From positions 2,112,001 through 2,176,000 of the forward strand of contig CAXXYH010000004.1 in assembly GCA_963677925.2 (NCBI GenBank): a DNA stretch of 64,000 bases, read 5' to 3'. The notes beneath the pieces are model-generated. The model saw only the letters and a list, made by a program, of their open reading frames with translations. It made no database searches and was not told where the DNA came from. Made by a program: the position numbers and the translations under genes. The stretch is from Spirochaetia bacterium. Its GTDB lineage: Bacteria; Spirochaetota; Spirochaetia; UBA9216. This document shows positions 39,501-48,159 of the stretch, one piece after another. Every line of letters begins with the position of its first letter. Positions within the stretch are counted from its first letter, which is position 1.

Positions 39501-39660
39501 TTAATGGTTGGATGATTTAGCCGTAAACGTTATGTTTACGGCTAATTTACATACTTGTTAGACCAATTGGATAATATCCTAAATCTTTCCATTTCCAGTA
39601 TCAAAATCTGAATGTGAAAGTTGAATTATGAAGAAGTTTCATCACTTTCATCAGATTCAC
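39430..39660. repeat. Iteron-like direct and inverted repeats (candidate origin)
   Basis: 9-bp tandem GAAAGTGAT units; exact 18-bp inverted pair 39468-39485 / 39635-39652; 12-bp-arm palindrome 39517-39545. Confidence 0.6.
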
Positions 39661-39770
39661 TAGGCTTTAAATAAGTGAAATAAAAATTGGAAGTTGATAG
39701 CTAATTTCACAGGTACAGTGTAGATTAGGTTAATTCTTCTAATGTAAAGCGGTTTGAATAAATCGACGAA

Positions 39771-40355
39771 CTATAATCCATCAGTATCTATTTTCCCTTG
39801 TCTGAAGGTTAAAGCACGTTTTTGTGACATATAAGTGATTGACACTTGCCATTCTGAACTATGTGAGCTGTAATGTGCTGTTACACTAATAGTATCATCT
39901 TCAATCTCCCAAGTTGTTGTATAGAAGGAGGGTTTTCCTCTTAGTACTTCCTCTGTTAATTCTATTGTACCTGGTTTCAAATCGGGAAGAGCACTCCAAC
40001 TGGACTTTCCATAGACTCTATCTAATTTGTTACATAAGTCATAATATACATCAAAGCATTCGTAGGCATCTTTGGGATTACCAAGTTTTATCAAATACGT
40101 ACTATTAAAAAACTCCCGATCCGTGAATGCGAAAGTCATAGCTACATCATAACCTGCGACAGAATTATTCGAATATTCCAAAAGTGTGTAATCGCTTCCC
40201 TTTACGTTTTCTTCTCTGATTTTATCAGGTTGACCTTCTTGAGCTATAACATCTTCAGGAGATAAACCAAAAGAGAGGTTTCGAAATTTAAGTTCTTCTG
40301 AATAGGCAAAGGCTGTAGTTATTAAAATAATGCATACAAGTATTATTCTCCTCAT
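39771..40355 (-). CDS. Exported hypothetical protein
   Basis: Signal peptide, FRNLSFGLSPEDV N-terminus, AGGAG RBS. Confidence 0.7.
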   Translation of the reverse strand: MRRIILVCIILITTAFAYSEELKFRNLSFGLSPEDVIAQEGQPDKIREENVKGSDYTLLEYSNNSVAGYDVAMTFAFTDREFFNSTYLIKLGNPKDAYECFDVYYDLCNKLDRVYGKSSWSALPDLKPGTIELTEEVLRGKPSFYTTTWEIEDDTISVTAHYSSHSSEWQVSITYMSQKRALTFRQGKIDTDGL

Positions 40356-40526
40356 ATCAACTCCTGGTGATTAATTATCACGATCTGTAATTTCCTGTTT
40401 GAATTTACTCTGGTAAATGCAAAAACACAAGAGTAAATATGGCTTTTTAGACCAACTATATAGAATTATAGTTTCTTGGATTAGTAGTAAAACCCTATTA
40501 CGATGTACATCAATGGGGAAATAGTT

Positions 40527-40844
40527 ATGAGTGTACTACATCCGCTGTCTGTAAATTTAAAGAAATTACGGAAGCAAAATAATATGACACAAGCTATGCT
40601 TGCAGAGAAGATTGATGTAACCACTGCCTTTATAACTGATATTGAGATTCAGAAAAAATACCCCTCACTCAGAAATTTAGAAAAGATTGCCGATGTTTTT
40701 GGTGTTGAACCATTTGAGCTTATAATGCCGGAACAGCAGGCATTATCCTTGGAAGATAAAAAATATATATCAATGAAATATGCATCCCGAATACGAGAAT
40801 TAGCCGATGAGATTGAAAATGAATTGTCTGATTTAGACAATTAA
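40527..40844 (+). CDS. XRE-family HTH regulator
   Basis: NLKKLRKQNNMTQAMLAEKIDVT..IE..KYPSL..LEKIADVFGV. Confidence 0.9.
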   Translation: MSVLHPLSVNLKKLRKQNNMTQAMLAEKIDVTTAFITDIEIQKKYPSLRNLEKIADVFGVEPFELIMPEQQALSLEDKKYISMKYASRIRELADEIENELSDLDN

Positions 40845-41442
40845 CCGAAAACTTGAACTTTTTCATAAAGAATATACATTTTTTGTTTTATATTTTAGAA
40901 AATTATTTAGATGGTATAATTCAATATCTTTGCAATAGTTATATGTTTCCGAATGAATTTGCCACAAGTAAAAACGGTTTGATAACAGCCATTAATAAAT
41001 ATAATCAAAAATACAATATAGTTGCTTCTTTTTTGGTCTTTTGAGAACAATCTAATTTTTTTAATTCTTTTTCACGATTAGTAAATTTCATGCTATGATA
41101 CCCTTATTCTTTCATTGAAATTGACTCAAAAATGAAGGATTGCAGGTAAAAAAGATGTTAGCTACAAATAATAATCTTTGTGAAAGGGTATTATTATGAG
41201 GCGTTTTACAGAAGTAGGAAGATTTATTCAAAATTATTATTACTATTGTTCTCAAAATGAGTGTGATTTGATTACCTTCTATGATTTAATATTATTTGAA
41301 GGCCGCATGGTGCATGATAAATTAAACGACTGCCCTTATTTGGTTATATTTGATATGAATTTTATTGAATACTACCTTACGATATTTAAATATCTAATAA
41401 CAATTTTCATATTTCCCGAAAATAAGTATAGGTGTACTCTTG

Positions 41443-41991
41443 ATGGATAAAATTAATGTAACAGTTCTATTTAGTGGTGGAATAGATTCAACTGCATGTA
41501 TAAACATGTTTCATGGTAAACAGTATAAGATAAAACTTTTATATATTGACTATGGTCAAAAAAGTTGTGAGATGGAAAAGAAGACTGTTTTGAATATTGC
41601 CAATGAAATGAATCTTCCAATCTCAATTAGAAAATATTACAGTGAACATATATATTCAGTTGGAGAGATCCTTGGCAGAAACCTTTTTTTGTTGAGTGCT
41701 GCATTGTTAGAACAAACATCCGCTGGTCTTATTGCAATGGGGATACATGCAGGGACTAATTACTATGATTGTTCGATTGATTTTTTTAATCTTGCTTCGA
41801 GCCTCATCAGCAATTATAGCGCTGGCCAAATAGCTTTTGTAGCGCCCTTTATTGAATGGAATAAGAAAGAAATATGGGAATATTCCAAACTGAATAATTT
41901 AGATAGATATAAAACATATAGCTGCGAATTGGGGTTAATACAACCTTGTAAAAAATGTTTAAGCTGTAAAGATTTGGAGTTTTTAAAATGA
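41443..41991 (+). CDS. cap9: QueC-like protein (type IV CBASS Cap9)
   Basis: PP-loop SGGIDS, DYGQ, GRN, YYDC, Zn motif TYSC-x7-CKKCLSC; overlaps the TGT-like gene. Confidence 0.85.
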   Translation: MDKINVTVLFSGGIDSTACINMFHGKQYKIKLLYIDYGQKSCEMEKKTVLNIANEMNLPISIRKYYSEHIYSVGEILGRNLFLLSAALLEQTSAGLIAMGIHAGTNYYDCSIDFFNLASSLISNYSAGQIAFVAPFIEWNKKEIWEYSKLNNLDRYKTYSCELGLIQPCKKCLSCKDLEFLK

Positions 41992-43004
41992 TAGCTAGGA
42001 AATCTGTAATTTTCCATAAAGAGAGTGGAGTTAAAATTGATACTCCACTGTTAATCCCTTCATTTTCAAGTAAAGGGTTCGTCTTTGACAGTAAAGGTAA
42101 TAGTGAAATAAATAAGATTTATAAAACTTCTAGTGAATTCTTCACTAGAGCATGTTTGGTAAGTGCATATGATATTCATTACAATCATATTAAAGACCCT
42201 TTTAATTTTGAATCTATACCAGAAGTATTCTTTTTAGATAGTGGTGGCTATGAAGTCTCCGAGACAGATGATTTTTCAGCAGTAGTTCACACTCCTTCAC
42301 AGTCGAAAGAATGGAATAAAGAAAAATATCGGCAAGTTTTATCAGAATGGCCTGATGAATATCCAAGCGTCTTTATAAGTTATGATCATCCAGATGACAG
42401 AAAATCTTTAGAGGAACAATTAAAGTCGGCAGATGAAACCTTCAGTCAATATAAGAATAGATTGAGTTTATTTTTATTAAAACCTGAAAAGAATACAGAA
42501 CACACCTTGAAAAGTGTTTTAAAAAAGGTATATTCAAACATTGATTCTCTACGGGGTTTTGATATTATTGGTATAACTGAAAAAGAAATCGGCTCATCGA
42601 TTTTAGATCGGATGGAGAATATCGCGAGATTTAGAATAGCATTAGATGAAGCTTCAATCCAAACACCTTTACATATTTTTGGAGCATTAGATCCCATTAG
42701 TGTTTGCCTATATTTTCTTTCAGGTGCAGAAATCTTTGATGGATTAACATGGTTACGTTATTCTTACCATGAGAGTACTTGTATTTATCCTCATAACTAT
42801 GGATTTATTAATTTAGGTATTCAGGCAGACGAAAAAAGAATAAGGGTAAAAAGTGTTAGTCAAAATATAATCGAATTAGAAAATATTGAATATACTTTAA
42901 GAGAGTATTTAAATACTAAGAATTTTAAAAAATTTGGACTCCATGCAGATAAAATTGAACAAGCTTTAGATCGACTTGAAACTAAAGTGAAAGGAGTAAA
43001 ATGA
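41988..43004 (+). CDS. cap10: tRNA-guanine transglycosylase-like protein (type IV CBASS Cap10)
   Basis: TPLLIP, FLDSGGYE, LHIFG, IFDG TGT-barrel motifs; lacks the CxCxxC Zn site of housekeeping TGT. Confidence 0.8.
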   Translation: MIARKSVIFHKESGVKIDTPLLIPSFSSKGFVFDSKGNSEINKIYKTSSEFFTRACLVSAYDIHYNHIKDPFNFESIPEVFFLDSGGYEVSETDDFSAVVHTPSQSKEWNKEKYRQVLSEWPDEYPSVFISYDHPDDRKSLEEQLKSADETFSQYKNRLSLFLLKPEKNTEHTLKSVLKKVYSNIDSLRGFDIIGITEKEIGSSILDRMENIARFRIALDEASIQTPLHIFGALDPISVCLYFLSGAEIFDGLTWLRYSYHESTCIYPHNYGFINLGIQADEKRIRVKSVSQNIIELENIEYTLREYLNTKNFKKFGLHADKIEQALDRLETKVKGVK

Positions 43005-43939
43005 TGGGTGGATCAGGCAGTATTTGGGGTAGCATTGATCCTGCTACTGAGATTGAAAAAATAAGAAAGGCTGGAGAATCAAATTTGAATGCAGGAGTGG
43101 ATACAGAAGTAAATTCATTTCTTGCAAAACTACTAGTTGGATTTAATGATAGAGATGTTGAGACAATAAATTCGATTCTTGATGAAATAAAAAATGATTT
43201 AAAAGAAGTGATTTCTGATACTATAGATATTCTTTTTGGAGGGTCTATTCATAAAAATACTTATATTGAAGGATTAAGTGACATAGATTCTTTGATTTGC
43301 TTAGATAATCATATTTTTAAGGATAAATCACCCAATGAGGTTAAAAATATTCTTAAAGTTGAAATGGAAAAAAAATTCGGTAAAGAGAATGTAAAGGTTG
43401 GTAATCTTGCTGTTACTATCAATACCAAAGGATATGAAATTCAATTACTACCAGCTATTAAAGAGCATGATACTATAAAAATTAGTTCTTTCGATGGTAA
43501 TAATTGGTCTAGAATAAATCCAAAAAACTTCACAGATATCTTAACAAAAGTGAATAAAAGAAATAATGGCAATGTTATTCCGGTTATTAAATTGGTTAAA
43601 TCTATCATTAGTTCTCTTCCAGAACAACAACAATTAAGTGGGTATCATATAGAATCTTTAGCTGTGAATATCTTTAAGGATTACGATAATATTAAAACTT
43701 ATAAAGAAATGGTGAAGCATTTTTTTATAAGTGCAGTCAAAGAAGTAAAAGAGCCAATTTATGACAAATCAGGGCAATCTTTATTTGTAGATGATTATTT
43801 AGGTCCTTCTAATTCAATTAAGAGAAGGTTGATATCAATATCCCTTGATAGAATTGCTAGGAAAATTCGGAATTTAGATGGCTTAGATAATGGGAATTTA
43901 GTATTGGATACTTGGTCAAGGCTTCTGAATCATGAGTAA
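43004..43939 (+). CDS. cGAS/DncV-like nucleotidyltransferase (CD-NTase, SMODS)
   Basis: FGGSIHKNT..LSDID (GS..DxD), EIQLLPA, NPKNF, VIPVIKLVK, SGYHIE; Gly-rich N-terminus MGGSGS. Confidence 0.88.
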   Translation: MGGSGSIWGSIDPATEIEKIRKAGESNLNAGVDTEVNSFLAKLLVGFNDRDVETINSILDEIKNDLKEVISDTIDILFGGSIHKNTYIEGLSDIDSLICLDNHIFKDKSPNEVKNILKVEMEKKFGKENVKVGNLAVTINTKGYEIQLLPAIKEHDTIKISSFDGNNWSRINPKNFTDILTKVNKRNNGNVIPVIKLVKSIISSLPEQQQLSGYHIESLAVNIFKDYDNIKTYKEMVKHFFISAVKEVKEPIYDKSGQSLFVDDYLGPSNSIKRRLISISLDRIARKIRNLDGLDNGNLVLDTWSRLLNHE

Positions 43940-44480
43940 ATTAAAAGATGAAATAGATAGACAGTATAGGGTCATTGATATGATGATATCGATGCATTCG
44001 TTAGCACGGGATGATAAAAAGCTAAAAAGTAAAACATTAGATGTTACTTTACTTTTATTCTCAGTAATTACATGTGCTCTTCTCCTTTCGGAATACACGA
44101 TATCAACCATTTTGCCTGTGAATGAGAATTTCGTTGAAATCTGTACGGCGTTGTTCTCAATGATAGTCTTTTTTTTATCATTGTTAGAATACAAATTGGG
44201 TTGGAAAGAAGAAAGAGTTTTACACGATTCTGCAGTAAAAAAACTGAGTTTATTAAAAACGAGATATAGACAAGTTTATATTTCAGGAACAATCAATTTT
44301 AACCTTAACAGACTTTTTAATAGTGTTATGAAGAGTATTCATCCCATCCCGGAAAAAGATTTTTTAAAATATAAGGCTAAACATTTATACAAAATTGAAG
44401 TTAGTAAAGCGTTGTCAGGCAATCCAGGAATTTCGATAATTCTACTTAGATTGAAAATTAAATTAGGACTATATAATTGA
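43932..44480 (+). CDS. 2-TM SLATT-like CBASS membrane effector
   Basis: H..AR followed by two TM helices and a W.E...H motif; overlaps the CD-NTase stop. Confidence 0.7.
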   Translation: MSKLKDEIDRQYRVIDMMISMHSLARDDKKLKSKTLDVTLLLFSVITCALLLSEYTISTILPVNENFVEICTALFSMIVFFLSLLEYKLGWKEERVLHDSAVKKLSLLKTRYRQVYISGTINFNLNRLFNSVMKSIHPIPEKDFLKYKAKHLYKIEVSKALSGNPGISIILLRLKIKLGLYN

Positions 44481-45115
44481 AAGACTTAGAATATAGCATA
44501 ATTGAAAAATATTTAGAAATTAAGGAAACTGTAATAGCAAATGGTTATGAGTATGAAATTGAATGGCAGGAAGATATTAAAATTCAAGACATCAACGAGA
44601 ATGCATTTCTAAAAGAATATGTATGGGTTATTCTGTCTTCAGGTTTTAAAGAGCGTGTAGTTAGAAGGATATTCAAAGATATTTCCGAAATATTTAACTC
44701 ATGGTCAGAGATTTCATACTTAAATACAATTAAAGATAACTGCAAAGATGCCGCATTACGAGTTTTTAATAATAAAAGTAAAATAGATAGCATTTGTGAA
44801 ATGATTGACTATATTGATAAAAATGGTTTTGAAGAATTAGAGTATAATATTTATAAAAGCAATGTTGATTTTTTTTATAAATTTAAATATATCGGTCCGA
44901 TTACTGTAATACATCTATTTAAGAACTTAGGTATTTCTGTAGTCAAACCTGACCGCCATTTGATAAAGATATCAAATGCATTAGGTGTTAATTCACCTAA
45001 TGATTTATGCAATTTAGTTGCCCAATTCACGGGAGATGATCTAAAAGTAATTGATTTGATCCTATGGAGATGGGCTACTATAGTTCCAAACTATATCAAT
45101 CTTTTAAAAAAATAA
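44477..45115 (+). CDS. cap11: HhH N-glycosylase/DNA-lyase (OGG-like, type IV CBASS Cap11)
   Basis: EYVWVILSSG, NKSK, HhH FKYIGPIT..HL, KPDRHL, DLILW. Confidence 0.78.
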   Translation: MKDLEYSIIEKYLEIKETVIANGYEYEIEWQEDIKIQDINENAFLKEYVWVILSSGFKERVVRRIFKDISEIFNSWSEISYLNTIKDNCKDAALRVFNNKSKIDSICEMIDYIDKNGFEELEYNIYKSNVDFFYKFKYIGPITVIHLFKNLGISVVKPDRHLIKISNALGVNSPNDLCNLVAQFTGDDLKVIDLILWRWATIVPNYINLLKK

Positions 45116-45294
45116 TTTGGATTTAAAGGCATATACAAGAATCTTAATATTAAGGTGTAAATATAGTTTATTAATTGGTTTGCTAAGTGTTATCAGATTT
45201 GAAAAATGTTAAAGGTAGTCAAATCATAGGGTCAGCTAGGCACATTATGACCAGAATGGTGAATTGATTAGGTTATTATGTAAAAGAGGGAAAA

Positions 45295-47634
45295 ATGTTA
45301 GAAATTGTGAGTGGTTTAGGTATTGGGTTAGGTAAAGTATTTGCAAAATATTTAATAGAAAAATTTAATAAAAATAATTCAAATCTAAGGTCATTAATTG
45401 CAAATGAAATTATTGATACCTTAAAACCAATAAAAGTTAAAGAAGATAATGTGATAACTACATCTACTGACAAAGTATTAGTAGTGATATCACATACTAA
45501 CATTTCTGAAAACACGAAGAAGGCTATTCTTGTTGAAGTAATTTCACTTTTATCAAGAGTGAATACTGAAATGTCATATCTATCAAAATTTTTTTTTAAT
45601 CCTCATCTATATGCTGCGGAAATTAAGAAAATGAGCAGTTCAAATATTTCAATGTTTTCTAAAGATGAAATTTATATTTTTGATCAAATGGTTTTTATAG
45701 CTTGTGAATCAATCATGAAAATATCAGAGAGTTTCTCAGGTTTTTTACATTACTCTGTCAGATCAATTTTTCAAAATCAGTCCGACATCCATAATGAGAT
45801 AAAGAAAATAGGAGCAAATATTAAATTATTAGAAGAATATATACTAAATGATGAATATCTCACCTCTGACTCATTCGAGATGAAATATAAAGAATTTTTA
45901 CAGACTAAATATAATAAATTCGAACCATTCGGTTTAAGAATATACGATATGATTTTTGAAAGTATAAAATTAACTGATGCATTCACAGAGCTTGATTTAA
46001 AAATATCTATCGATATTGATATGGGCAAAGATAATATAGAAAATAGAAATGATGAATTTATTAAATTATATATAGATGAAGATAACGAATTTATTAAATA
46101 CTATATTGAGGATAATAAAGGATTATTTAAAATTGAAAAGACATTAGATGGAAAAAAGCTTACTGGTCAGTCTAAAAATGATGAGGATAATAATCGTGAA
46201 TTAATTAAAAAGGATCATGATGGTGAATTTATTGAATTACCAAAATTTCAATTAGAAAATATCATTCATAATTTACTTGATGACAATTCTCAGAGGAAAT
46301 ATAAAAAGCAAGTTTTGACAATCAATGAGATATTACCTAACGAAAGGCGATTAATGATAGTTGGTCTGCCTGGTTCTGGGAAATCAACATTATTACAATG
46401 GCTAGTTGTAAATATCTCATCATTGAAGAATGAAAATAAGATAAAATACTGGGGAGATTCTATTCCCTTTTTTATTCGGTTAAGATCTTGTTAAAATGGA
46501 AAGTTCCCGCCTCCTGAGGAATGGTTAAGTTTAGAAGCAAAGAATATTCAATCATTGATGCCAAAGAATTGGATTCATAATTTAATGGGGAAAGGTAGAG
46601 TTGCATTATTCATCGATGGTATTGATGAAATTAGTCCAAGCGCTAGAGAATCTTTATTAAAAGAATTATCTGAATTAGTCCAACTATATCCATTATTAAG
46701 ATTAGTTATAACTTCACGTCCTACCGCTGTTGATAATCGTAGTTGGCCTGAATGGAATGTTTGGTTGTTAAAAGAAGGATTTCTTAAAGCATCAATTAAC
46801 GAGTATACAAAAGAACAAATAAATAGTTTTATTCATTCTTGGCACAAAACTCTTGCGAATTCAGTCAGTAATAAGGAGAATAATGATAAGTTGTTAAGTA
46901 ATGCAGATTCCTTAATCAGTATATTGAATGAACGTAGTGACCTGAGTAGATTGGCGACAAATCCATTGTTATGCTCTATGATATCTGCAATATTTTATGT
47001 AAAAGATGGCGAGTTGCCTGAAAATAGAATTGAGTTATATCAAAACTGTATTGAAGTACTACTTGAGAGTCGGGATAATAAACGTGAAATTGATTTGTCA
47101 CACTTTAAGTTATTTAAAAGTATAAATAATAAAATTCTATTAGTTCAATACTTGTCGTATTGGATGATGGATAATGGTAAAGTTGACTTGACCAAAGAAG
47201 AAATAATACAATGCTTTTTACATCGGTTGCCTATTTCAGGCATATCTAATGATGAAATTAATAATATTTTTGATTACTTTATTGAAAGAAGTGGTTTGTT
47301 GACTGAATATATGACAAACAGGTATATTTTTATTCATTTAACTTTCCAAGAATACTTTGCAGCTTTAGAAGGTCTGTATGCATACAACATTGGCTCATTA
47401 GCTCAAAAGGTAATGTTTGACCATTGGCATGAAGTGATAAAATTAACCATTGGAGTAGCTAGACCACATGAACGTAAGGAACTTGTCACAAAGATAATAG
47501 ATGTAGGTATGATGAGTCCATCAAAAGAAACCAAAATGATAATCTCTAATGTATTAGAACAATCATTGGAGATATGTTTAGATAAAAATGAAAGACTTAT
47601 TCGTGATGTTGAATATTATAAAAATAGTTTTTAG
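45295..47634 (+). pseudogene. NACHT (NLR-like) NTPase interrupted by in-frame TAA at 46492-46494
   Basis: Both ORFs are in the same frame; Walker A GLPGSGKS and PFFIRLR precede the stop; FIDGIDE, ITSRP, NPLL and FIHLTFQEYFAA follow; the gap reads NGKFPPPEEWL.. Confidence 0.85.
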
Positions 47635-47998
47635 AGTGATTCACTCTCGGGAGAGATAAATATTTTAAATTGGAATTGAATATAGGGTGATGAAGTATCT
47701 AATTTTATTAGACATAGGAAATAGTATCTGTAATAACCAGAAAACATCGTTATAGAGAAATTTAACGATAGGACCCTATTGTGCTGTTTTGAAAGATACC
47801 TATGGTTGAACAATTACTGATGGAGGTTTGTCTGAATCGAGTAATGAAATTCACAGATAAAAGTTACAGATAGAACCCGGAAAATGGGTCAATATAGAAA
47901 AATACTCATATACGATCATAAACAAACTCTTGAAATATCTCTTTTCATCATCTACACTTGTTTACATAGAGAAATGTCGGGATACACGGTGGACCGCT

Positions 47999-48040
47999 TT
48001 TTCATCCCGGCAACAGGGGTTCAACTCCCCTAGGAGATGC
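47999..48040 (+). repeat. attR core (displaced 3' half of tRNA-Glu)
   Basis: Exact 42-bp copy of attL, here continuing to CCA at 48040-48042. Confidence 0.95.
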
Positions 48041-48048
48041 CAAATATT

Positions 48049-48083
48049 AAGGACTGTTTCTTGACGGAAACAGTCCTTTTTTT
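48049..48083 (+). terminator. Original tRNA operon terminator
   Basis: AAGGACTGTTTC / GAAACAGTCCTT stem with T-tract immediately after attR. Confidence 0.85.
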
Positions 48084-48159
48084 ATGTCTTCAGCCTTTCT
48101 TGTTTACAGATAAATAGTTCTTGCTTTTCCATGTTTCAGTAGATTAAAATTATATTAAG

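Noticed and set aside
40853-41044. 63-aa ORF after the XRE gene
   Set aside because: TTG start, no RBS, low-complexity AT-rich translation; probably non-coding.
41443-43004. QueC + TGT as housekeeping queuosine genes, a Dpd DNA-modification cluster or QatABCD
   Set aside because: The TGT lacks the Zn site, no queD/queE, dpd, KAP-NTPase or TatD genes are present, and both genes are coupled to a CD-NTase and TM effector.
46492-46494. Selenocysteine/pyrrolysine recoding or frameshift in the NACHT gene
   Set aside because: The stop is TAA and both halves share one frame.
47999-48042. Second tRNA-Glu gene
   Set aside because: Only the 3' half is present; the D-arm and 5' acceptor strand are missing. 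It is attR.
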